Positions 13,401 to 24,100 of a DNA stretch of 64,000 nucleotides are shown piece by piece. The translations under genes were made by a program, and so were the position numbers. Each line of letters starts with the position of its first letter. The stretch's first letter is position 1. The DNA comes from Tubiluchus corallicola. Its lineage: Eukaryota; Animalia; Priapulida. Below the pieces are notes generated by a model. The model was given only the letters and a program-made list of their open reading frames with translations. It searched no databases and was not told the origin of the DNA. Location: assembly GCA_030141605.1 (NCBI GenBank), contig JAQGDQ010000650.1, positions 1 to 64,000 on the forward strand, written 5' to 3'.

Positions 13401-14042
13401 TTGCATTAATGCATACATGTCTTTGCAAATATAGATGTTTTGATAAAAATCTTTGTAATTAACAGAGTTCGGCACTATAAAGAGGGTTTATATAATCAGG
13501 TTTGACTGTAATTCACAAAAGGTAGAGAAAGGACTGAGAGTGAGTTAGGTTACAAAAAAAAGCAAAGTCAAAGTGTGGTATAGGACACTACAGATGTAGC
13601 ACAAGACAGGTTCAAATGCTAGTTTCGTTATTTGCAAAAAAGTCAAAACATAACCCTCACAAACAATTTTGGGTATTGTTGGAAAACTGCGTGTAACAAA
13701 TGCATATAGTGCAGAAAGAAAAAAAGAGGTAAACAAGTATAGGAAAGACAAAAAAGGAGTGATGTAAAATATAAACATGTAGAAGACAAAGATAGCATAC
13801 AAATGGGCCAGGGTGCAATAGGAGACTGTGAGCAGAGAAGAGGAATGAAGAAATTTGAACAAGAAGGAGAAAGAGGGAACTTAAACAGAGAAGAAGAACA
13901 AGAGGGAAAAACAGAACTTAAATACATTAGTAACTAGTTGATAGATTCTTTGCATTTTCTACCAACCTGCTTTTTTTATTTCTCAGGTTCTCAGCCAGAA
14001 TATGAGGGATCATGTGATATTGCTTGGGATGAATTAACTTAG
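1..14042 (+). CDS. 5'-truncated multi-exon gene: beta-repeat stalk plus C-terminal EAR/EPTP propeller protein (TSPEAR/Closca-like, probably secreted); 889 aa visible
   Basis: 19 GT-AG exons join in frame (2670 nt including TAG): 1-85, 266-393, 1594-1753, 2169-2320, 2507-2629, 3944-4088, 4209-4470, 5219-5390, 5736-5834, 6008-6122, 7117-7301, 7588-7726, 9823-9950, 10284-10409, 10559-10690, 10987-11114, 12028-12224, 12822-12959, 13987-14042. The N-terminal half repeats NGVDL/DGVDP/DSVDL/DEVDI...Q.[IV].G...F. The C-terminal half has EAR-type motifs (GATSWESFAIDNNTYLFLT, CLAIANNYDGSSHNVNSSVW, WIAFANSYD). Many N-x-S/T sequons. The family call is motif recognition, not a database search. Confidence 0.85.
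478..1133 (+). mobile_element. Tigger/pogo-like (Tc1/mariner) MITE, family A, copy 1
   Basis: TA|CAGTTAGTCCTCGCTTAACGAC at left and CAGTGAGGACATACTG|TA at right (imperfect TIR, TA duplication). The body resembles 21448-22530 and, reversed, 30408-31239. Confidence 0.75.
1320..1546. repeat. (CT)n microsatellite followed by a (CCCT)n-like polypyrimidine tract
   Basis: Directly visible. It explains the spurious ER/SL-repeat ORFs in the track. Confidence 0.97.
2866..3112 (-). mobile_element. tRNA-derived SINE, MetaSINE-like
   Basis: The minus strand has the B box GAGTTCGAACC (3090-3080), then GGTCATACCAAAGACTTTAAAAATGGTACCTGCTGTTGCCCTGCCTG, which resembles the Meta core domain, then AATAAA and an (ATT)n tail at 2866-2890. 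Confidence 0.75.
6521..6727. mobile_element. small MITE-like inverted-repeat element
   Basis: GGTCCAGCATG at about 6527-6537 has a perfect reverse complement, CATGCTGGACC, at 6710-6720. Confidence 0.5.
8230..9695 (+). repeat. interspersed repeat family B, copy 1 (host of the hAT insertion)
   Basis: Colinear similarity to about 44340-45250 (e.g. TAAACAAACAGAT.TTATGGTAAT; TCTAGGACACATAAAATT.TAAATGCATAA; AAAAACT.AGAAACTAT.TGTA). Boundaries are approximate. Confidence 0.7.
8380..9049 (-). mobile_element. internally deleted hAT DNA transposon with transposase remnant
   Basis: TIRs CAGTGGCGGCTCG and CGAGACTCCACTG match at 11/13. A perfect 8-bp TSD, TCTAGGAC, lies at 8372-8379 and 9050-9057. The minus ORF 8335-8787 carries hAT transposase motifs (EHFLGLF...QTFDGANVM...AHFIHCYAHQ.NL). 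Confidence 0.9.
13334..13508. mobile_element. 175-bp Tc1/mariner-type MITE
   Basis: TA|CAGCCGAAACCTCTTTATA ... TATAATCAGGTTTTGACTG|TA: imperfect TIRs and TA TSD. Confidence 0.7.
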
Positions 14043-14662
14043 CTTTGTTAACTCGTAAATTGTTCCAATGCTTCTTCAGTGGCTCATACTGCGTGACCTT
14101 TATAATGCACTAGCAAGGAAATATTGAATATTTTTAGTGATTTTACTGTGTTTCACTGTGTATAAAGTATCTGCGGTGGCACATTTACTAATAACGTAAC
14201 TATGTTTGCGTGATATAAAACAAACGTATAGTAATACCAGTTGTTTGTGAGCAAAATTTTCAGGCTTTTTTGCAGATGTCAGATGAAAACTTATTTGAAA
14301 GATATTGTAAAAACCATTTTATCAATTCTTTAGCACAATTTAACATGACAGTTTTGTCAGTAATACTAGAAAGCACGGGGTGTGTTTTACTGAAAATGAG
14401 CTATTAAATGCACATCTATGAACTTCACACTCACACACTATAATAACTGTTGTTTAAAAAACTAAAATAATAATTACAATCATGATAAAGTTACATCTAC
14501 ACTAGTATTCAGACTTAATAGGATCATGAAAACGTTTGTTTTTGCATTTATACACAGATGAAGATCAAGATTGTTATTTTCATAAAGTTTTACATTTGTT
14601 ATAGTTTTACTTTTTGTGTCTCTTATACTAACTATTTATCTTTGTACACCTTTGTTTGTGAT

Positions 14663-14668
14663 AATAAA
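14663..14668 (+). terminator. candidate polyadenylation signal of the EAR-repeat gene
   Basis: AATAAA about 620 nt after the stop codon, followed by GT/T-rich sequence. Confidence 0.45.
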
Positions 14669-15153
14669 TCCTTTTATAGCAAAGTTTGCTGTTTTTTTCA
14701 CTGTTTACTCTGCCAAAGTGGTTTTTGATAGTTAAAACACATTCTTACTAGTTACTTTCAGAGAAATGGAAATAAATACTTGAATCACGTTAAACTTACT
14801 AAACTGTTCTAGCAGTTTGTTTACTAGTCTGGCTAATAAGCAGGGCGGCTTGAAATGTTTAAAAAATGTAAGGGGACAAACGCTTTTTTATCAAAAGGAA
14901 GCTGTCTTTTAATGTTCATGTGCCTGGTTACACATCCAACATTGGTCGTATCAAAGGTTTGCCTTTTAGAATGCATTACAGAGGGCGCTGCGCGCTAGTA
15001 CACAAACAGCATGGCACGTTGCTAAATGATAGTTATGAATTGGACCATAAATAATTATCAGACATCGTCTGTTATTACGAACCCGTAGTTGTACACGTGA
15101 ACTGTTTTTGCGTTCATTCAGTAATCACACTGGTATTGGTTTACATACTAGAT

Positions 15154-18100
15154 ATGCCTGTTACGAGGAGGACCGCGACCGCAAGTTTGATACATAATAA
15201 AAATGAAACTGTTTTAGGTTAGATCTGTCTTGCACAATAAGAACTATTTATTTATTGTGATTCCAAATTATACGAAGCTTTTGTAAGACCTATTCACTGA
15301 TTAATTGTGTGAAGTCTGTATACTAATGAATGGTTTAGTAATACTAACCTGGACTGTTACTGTTAGTGTTACAGTAGTTGGGATATTGCTAGGGTTGCCA
15401 CCACTTCTGATTCTGATTTCTCAATTTTCGTCATTTTGATTGCACTTCTTTTGGCTTTTTCTTGTAGGCATATTCATTAATTGCTGTAGTAACTTAATTT
15501 TTCCATGCTGATTTGGATTTCATACAAACCTGGCACTCTCAACATTTACACCTAAGCTATAATAACGTTTTTATGATTACAGACTAAACAACACCTTTTT
15601 AAGAACTGTTCCATCTAATTCTAGCAAATCATTGAAGACACAAGGTCTATTTATCCTTTCTTAATGCCTTCACTTCTAGTTTTTTCCCCAGCTTTGTTTA
15701 CATTTCAATCTATCTTTTAACTCCTCGTATTTCTTCTTTTCATTATTTGGCCTTTTACCTAGCTCCTTTCCCTTTTCTTTGAGCCTATCTACCTGAGTGC
15801 TGTCTCTTACTTTTTGTTGTTCTTTTTACTAGATCATCCAGTATGTAATTTATTCTTCATGCCTCTCTAAGCTTTTACTCAATTTTTCTTTTTGTTGTAA
15901 CTATACTCCCAAATGTATGCACTTCCCTCTCTTTTTCATACATTACTCCCAATTTTTTTATCTATGTGAGCTCGACGAGCACTAAGTTTCACTACACCTT
16001 CTTCATTTCCTCACTCACTCTGTATGTCTTCCATTTTTTCGTTTTTGTTTCAGCCAGTGCCTGCAGCAATGTTATATCAATGTTTTGTCTGTTATATCAG
16101 TAAGCCTATTATGCAAAAATTATGTGATAGATTTCCAAGAAACTTTGTGAAAAAAATTCAGTTAAAGTGTGCCAAAATGGGAATCTTTTCACCGTTTTTT
16201 TTTCTCAAAACTTAACATAACACCACATACAAAAAACATTCATTTAGCACTTCATGGAGGCCTCAGAGTGAGTGTTTAATACTTAATTTTTATTATCTTT
16301 ACCTGGACAAACACTACGAGTTAGTTCCTGTTCCATTTTGAGAAATTCTCACATATGTAACACTGCCTGTAACCTTTGCTTATTAAGGAGCATAGCCTTA
16401 TGAGGTAACTTAGTATGTATATATTTCTCAGTCTATTACCATTGCCAAAATTAATGGTGAAAAGATAAACTCCATGTGGAACATTCGTGCATTATTGATT
16501 TTAAATCAATTTAATGAACAAGTATTTTTGCTAGTCTGTAGAATATCAGTACAGGTACATTTTTGTATGTTTTCTTGTTTATCTTGTGTTAAATTTTTTG
16601 AACAAAAGAGTAAGTTCAGGATTGTTCGGCTTTGGTACTGAGCACATTCTAGTTTTGTTATAGAAATCAGTTGCACCAAAATAACATCTGTGCCATTTTT
16701 ACCTACTCTCCCATTTGTGCCATTTTTTCCTGTGCCATTTTTACCTGTGCCATTTTTTCTGTTGCCATTTTTACCGTGCCATTTTTCCTGTGCCATGTTA
16801 CATACTCTCCCATTTGTGTCATTTTTTCCTGTGCCATTTTTACCGTTTACCGATAAACTCGAGTGCCTTTGGATAGATACTAAAAAAATAAAAAATATTT
16901 CGCCACTCCCCCAACACAAAACAAAAAAATCTTACGATACCATACAATGCAATACACTAAACAAAATTTGCGAAGTTTCTATGTTAATGGTTGTGAATGG
17001 AATGAATGTAAGGTAGTATTTAGTTTCACTAGCTAACCAAATGCAATGTAAACTGATATTATTCGTGGCAATTATAATTTGTTGTTTCAGTATAAAGAAA
17101 ACTTTAGTTTTTTTTCGTATGAAAGCATGAAAAATGAGTCCATTTGTGGTGAACACCGGGCAGTATGCTAAAAACGTTTTTTAAATAATCACAAAATTCA
17201 TGAAAAGATTTGGACAATAAATCAGGTGACAGTAATGCAGTATCACCATTTAAAATAAATTAACCAAATCAATTATACACAATGTGCCAACCACACACAT
17301 CCCTTCTGAATCACCTTGAATGTGCTGTGGCGATTCACAACAGTGGCATATTCCAGCAACGGACACACCAAACTGCCTTTAGTTGCAAAAGCCACTGATC
17401 ATACCATGGATAATATTAGGCCTGTGGTTCAGCCAGCTGTAAATACAAAATGTTCTAATGAGTTTCACTCAGTCGAAACATTTGAGTGATACACTCTAAT
17501 AATAAATGGATGAAGGAATCAAATTTACACTTTTTCCGCTGGTTTGAAACAATTTTACGTAAAATATCTGAAAATACTATAGATGAAAAAATGCTTAGAT
17601 GTAGTTTTGTTTTGCACTATAGACTCAAGCCCATTTTATTTGTAATGAAATTTTGTTGTATTGCTAGGTGTGTCAGGCTGAGGTATTTTGTACAATGACT
17701 GTCAATTGTCTATAACCTAGGCAGTTTATGTTATGTGCAGAACTGCCAACCATTTGAGTGTAAAAGTGAGTGTGAAATGCAGAAAGACTAGGGATCATCT
17801 CACTCCTGATAGAGTCCAGGGTTAAAATTATACCCCAGAAATTTTTGCTTTTTTCAAATTATCAAAAAATTAAATCCCAAAAGTAAAATAAAGAAAATAA
17901 TGTAACTTTTGTGCACTACTGAGCTTTCTTGCTCTTACTGCAGTTTACTATACTTATGATATAATATAAATATATTCCTTTATGCACATAAAAATTAGCT
18001 CAGTATCATGCTTAAATTTTTAATTTTCAATAATAATAATACCCTTTTGTATAATATACATCATGAGCCTCATGAACGCTACTATATTATTGAGAGTTGT

Positions 18101-21100
18101 ATTACTAATTGTGTTGTTGTTGGTACTAATGGCAAATGAAGTCAGGTGATTAGCAAGCTTGTGTGTGAAGTAGGAGAATGTGTGAAAACTGAGATTTGAT
18201 GCATGTGCGCGTGTTAAAGACTTAAAATGAATGTGACATTTGCCTATTGCATGAGAGTTGGTCAGCCTGTATACATTTTGTGTCATCTATTATGGTTTTC
18301 TATGTGTTATCGAGTGTTTTAATATGATGTCCTTGTTTCAGCACGCTTTGCAGTTGGAAAACTTGCATATGATGAAGACGGAGTTTGCCAAAGGCAACCT
18401 GGCATAGCATATTTTAGAAACAAAGATACAGTCAATGTGAGGAAGAGGGATCAGCGAGTATTGGTAAAAAGCATTGCTGGTCTTTTTTGAAACTAATTTT
18501 ATTGCATCTGTTTATCTATTAAGGTGCTAGCATTGACACAGAGCTTATGTGCTAATCTTGTTCCTTCAACTACAAATATATGTTGTTATGTAAAATATCT
18601 GATGACTTTTTTAAGACAAGAAAATATAATTTAGAACAATACTTTCTGTGAGCTTACAGCTTATGTACTATACGGCATCATATCAGATCATGATGAAAAT
18701 TGTTGTTGTTGTTAACTTATCATCACTGTTGTTTTTGTTGCCATCACTATTGTTAGTGTTGCTGTTATTGTTTCTAGAGTAATTTCACAGGTGGTGTCTC
18801 GAATGGTGGCAGTAAGGTTTACAGTGCTATTTTTGATGGTAATTGTACAAAGTGTTCTTTGTAATGTGTTCTGTATAAGCTCTTAACAACTTAAATTCTT
18901 CTGTTATGATGAAGGCAATTTGGCATTTGCAGATACTGTTGCAGAAGAGCCGGGATCAAGTTGGAAATCGAAATTTGTTGTTTGATAATGAAAGTCGTTG
19001 TATGGCTTGTAACCCTTGTAAGTCTGCAAGCTTGCATTGAAACAAGTTGGCCTGTGTACATTTTGTCAGTATTAGGGGCCTTTAAGGATCATAGATGGAA
19101 AATGAGAGCCACAGATTAATGAATGAATGTACAGAACCATTACCATTTGCACAGGTGTTCATTTTAGTCCTGGAGTAATATTCTAGGTATAGATAACAGT
19201 ACAACTGACGGTATGACTAAGTCTGCCATTTTAACCAGATGAAATGGAATTTTCACTTGTTTCGATAAAATAATTTTATATAAAAAGACTTTGTAGTCAC
19301 TAGGAACATATTAATCCTTCGGTTTTAAAATGTGGATTTAATTTTTCAGGCTGCTGAAACAGACAGGATGAAATACTTAGGAAGAAATTTTGGCCCACGA
19401 GTTGTCAAGACTGAATCAAAGTAAGCCATTACCAGTAAATCAGGTATTATGAAGCCTTTATTACCTCTGCAAAGAAGGTTGTGTTTTTCCAACTGTTGAT
19501 GTATTAGCTTGTTCGTTAGTTAGCAAATTTACCTAAAAACTACGCCACCAATTTTCATGAACCTTTGGGCAGGAAGGGACATGTGACAAGGAAGAACACT
19601 TTAATTTTGGTGTAATATGTTTGTAAATGTGCTATATTCATTTTTTTATTATTTTTAAAACTTTTTACAGGAAATTTTTTAAACTTTTGTAAAACGGCAT
19701 GTTTGCAAAAAATTCCTGTAGTAAAATATAAAAATCCTAAACCCTAATTAGATGATAAGATAAGATAACTAAATTAAAATCATAAAATACAATTTAAAGT
19801 TCGTCAACTGTCTAACAGTAAAACACAGTTAAATCTAAGACAGTCAGAAACTGTCATAAAAAATTGTCAGAGTAGGTAACCCACTAGTTGTCAAAACTGT
19901 TAATGTGCTTGTAAGATAAGCAGAATGCAGTTAAAAATGATTGCAATAACATAAAACAGAAAACGCAAAAACAATGTCTAACACCTAAATGGAAAAAGGC
20001 AAAGATGAAGCAGCAAATTAAATGGCTGTTATTAATAAAACTGTTAATGTTAACTACATGTGAGATGGTGTTGAATTCTGGTACTGTGTTATGCTAAACA
20101 AAATGGTTTAGTTATTTTTTTAATTGCTATAGCTCTGTACTTCCCGAATGTCTAGGACTTTTAAATATTTATCATAGCTCCAGCTATAAATAGTAAGATG
20201 ATCAATATATAATCAGTACATGAGTATTTTACATTTATTGCTTAAGAACAATTACTGGACACATTTTAATCTAAGCGGCTGTGTAGTTTATTAAAGTGCT
20301 CAAGAAGTCTTGGTGGAGGTCTGCACTCTACTGAGTGCTCTTCTAGTTTTGTAGTGTTTTTGCCTCGTTGATTATATTTCATGGCATGTTTTTTTTTCAA
20401 TTTTAAAACTAGGATACAGAAAAATGTTGACAAAGTATTTATGAGTTTGTTATTTTTCAGATATTACGTTGGCGTTTTAGATGAGAAGACTGGAAAAATG
20501 TGCGTATATGATGCTAAGCCATTTAAACTGGAACCTCAACATGAAGGTTTGAGTTAAGCAATAGCTTCTGGCCACTGTGATATGACTTTAAAAATCCAAT
20601 TCACGCTAACTTGACATGTATTACATATCATAGGCTATAACTGTGAGGTAGAAGTAGTCGTGTTAGGGGACTAAGGATATAATTTTCAAAACTAAAGTAA
20701 ATTACTATGCACCATAATGAAAATTGGCCCACTGGAAATGAAGTTTCAGCTTCACAATACGTTTTTGTGTTTGCAGCTTTGCTTGTCCAAAATAAATAGT
20801 AGATACGTTATGGTTGGTCATGAAAGCTTTGTCATCTAAGGAAAATTAAGCATGCCATGGTCCTGTGCAAGCTCTTCTAGAGGGCAAACACAGGGTGGGA
20901 TTTATCTAATTGTGGACCCTAGCCAAACTGATCAGTAGGCTTCCAAATTTATAGAAATATTGGCATAGTTAGCCCACCTGTTGAAGACCACCATGGACCT
21001 ATGCTTACTGTACAGGGGTTCTTATGGCTTTGAATATATTGTATAATGAAATACCTGGTGTAGACTTGAAACAAGGTTATACGCTGGATGCTGTGCGACA

Positions 21101-24100
21101 AATTAGTTTCATTGGGATCCTAAATACCGGTGGGCTAAGCCAATGGCACACTATGCCCCCTGACCAAATGCGAACACTTCTTTCTATCAAAACACTTTAA
21201 GTCTAGTATGACGCTTAGACACTAATCGTGTTTCGAGATATATACAAATTAGCTGCAACCGAGAACATGGAATAGTATAATCAAGCAAAATAATTGCAGA
21301 AGGACATATGTTTTAGAAACCAAGAGAGCACAATGAATTAAGTATTATGGGAAAAAATATTTTTGATGAAGTATTTATATTTTGTTTTTTGTAAACATAA
21401 ATAAATGTTACAATGAGAAATGATTTTTGGAGTGGTATTTTGCAAAGAGACCTTGCTTAACAACACTAATGCATTCCAGCAAAATGTGTCGTTATATGAA
21501 ATAGTGTTTTCTATAGAAAACAATGTAAAAGTATTTGGTTTCATTCTCCGTGCAAAAGACAAAGACATTTATTTACATTCGCTCAAGAACAGACAGCTGC
21601 TAGTGTCAAACCCAAGATTGCATGATTGCAGTTCGAAATCTAGGCCACTCGGCTATCCAGCCCAACACAAAGATCGATACTGCTTGGTCTAAGTAAAAGC
21701 GATTACTGAGGTGCCTTGAAGGGCAAAAATTAATAATGCCTATCTATATAAAGCCCTTAGTTCCATTGCTGAACCAAAATTAATAATGCTTGGCTCATAA
21801 ATCAAATACTTTATGACATCTATTGCCGACAATTTTTAACTAAAATTCAAACTTAATTTTACAGCGATAGTTCAAATTTTAAACATGAGCTTTCTTTCTT
21901 GCATACAAGTATATTCTTCTGATTACTTTCCTTGTGCCATTTCTTCCTCTCTCCTGTCCATGCTTGTTTTAGGAAAATATCCAGCATTCGTTGCACAGAC
22001 TGCTTCTTTTTTCTGCTAAAGCTTTCTTTTAATACTGTAAAGCATTAGCAACATAACATCTCACTTCTGAACTTTATCTGCGTTATTTTCATTAAAAAAT
22101 TTCTAGTTCAGTGCCAATACTGCATTTTCTAATGCTTCGGGCACATGTTTAGTTTTAGACATTTCTGCTTTTCTGTTTGACCCTCCTGAAAAATATTTTT
22201 ATTCCTGTTTTCCCGACATCATAAGTGTAGATAAGATTAATGTAGCAATAAGTAACCCACAAATTGCACATGAAAGATTTTTATCAATGGAATTCCATCT
22301 CTACTTGGGAAAGTGCTAGCAAATAGAGAATAGCCAGCAATGAATCATTGCTGTCTGCATCTGACTGCTTAGTAGGGCAATTTATTGCTGTGATTTCTGT
22401 TAATTGGGTTTCTTTTTAAAATGCTAGTGTGGCAAGCAAACAGTCCTAGCTTAAAGGCCAAAAATTGTCGTTAAAATAAAATATGAGTGAATTAAGTGAA
22501 TAAAAAGTGTCAAAAGATTAATTGCTAATTTGCTAAAGAAGGGAAAAGGCCTAAAAATAGCACCATGCAGGTTGAAGACAGCAAGTACAGTGAACCATTT
22601 TTTAAACATAAAATCTGTCCTCAGACGAACACATTAACTCATATGCTTGTGTTTTTTAAACTTGTGATATTCAATCAGTATTTGTATGCAAAATTTGTGC
22701 ATTAAACTCTGAACAAATTTAAGAAAATATAAGCTCAGTTTTATCATGCCTTTTCTTTCTTTGTGCTGCTTAATCTGATCATCTCATAATTATTTTTTCA
22801 TTATGCCTAAAAATTAATTCACTGTATTTACAAGCTCAGTCTACAAGATATAATTTGTAGAGATATGAACCCAAACCCTTTTGGATTACTGGCACTCGTT
22901 GCTGAACTGACCTGACTTGTAAAGAAAGCATGTCTGATTAGTCACCAGAAAAACCACTACTGGCCGGTGTCATCTTCCTCCAGTCCAGGTATTTACCATG
23001 CTTAGGAAGGTTGCTTATATGAATCCAACATATGCCTTCCAACCCACGGGTCACTCTGGCACTGCAGAACCTGCAGGTGCACAATTACACCACTTAGATT
23101 ATCACTATACTCTTTATGCATTTTAATGTTTCTTAATCACAAGCTTCTTCATGGTATGATGATTAGTATGTTATTGAGAACTCATTGTTTCATGTCATTT
23201 CTAGGAAATGCAGAAGAAGAAAAGGAAGGCGGTGCTGATCAAGACCTCACTTATTTAGAAAAAGTGAGCGTTTTTACCATTACTGCAAAGTCAAGTTTTT
23301 AATCGTTTTAAGATTATATAAATGTGTTATAGTAGTGTTCACATAGCTATTTTATTATCTTTTATTCATGTATGTTCAAAATGCTGATCACTGTACTAAT
23401 AGCTAAGCATTAATTAACAACTGGAGCTATAAAAATATTTGAAAATCCTAACCAATGACTGTATGTACAAACGAGGTTGACAAGAATGTTTTTGCGCAAT
23501 GTGTAGATTTAATAAATTCATTATTGATCACCTCTTTACTCAGCAAGCTGAATTATACCTACTACGCTACAACTTGTTCAAACATAGATTTCTTCCAGAA
23601 AGTTAAAAACTTAATCTTTGCTCTTTATTCAAAAAGCATGTTATTCAACAGTCCTAATTTTGCCAATTGTAAAAAAGTGCATGCAGTGGCATTAACACAG
23701 AACTAAAAATTCCCTAGTGAACAGAAGTAAATCAAACATGCATAAGTTTTATAAACTCAGTTCTTATTTTCAAAGAATTACAGTATTTATGCTGGGTTTC
23801 CATTGTTTGCTATTTGTGCCTTTTGCTCATAATTATGCAAGCTGATCTGTTGATAAGAACTGATAAAACTGCTACTGATAATCCACCATACCTGTATATA
23901 GGTAATGTTTATTTAATCAAACTTATTTGGGCACTTCAGAGAGATAAGCTTATGTCTGCCTTTGGAAGCAGAAAGACCGTAAAACTCATGGAGGCCAGAC
24001 ATCGACATCATGTCAGTGAGGAGGTTCTCAACAAATCAATGGGCAAGGCTGCTGCAGAAATATTAGCAACTGGTGTTATTAGACCTTTAACAGGTAACTT

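Noticed and set aside
13545-13927. Hydrophobic minus-strand ORFs and a possible inverted partner at 15650-15960
   Set aside because: Purine/pyrimidine strand bias only; no alignable identity and no protein homology recognised.
16506-17016. GKNGT / VPFFP repeat ORFs, or a CRISPR-like array
   Set aside because: A tandem 15-mer without unique spacers, in eukaryotic intronic DNA, with no cas genes.
21596-21663. tRNA gene
   Set aside because: A and B boxes are present, but there is no proper cloverleaf or acceptor stem; the tail and flanking direct repeat indicate a SINE.
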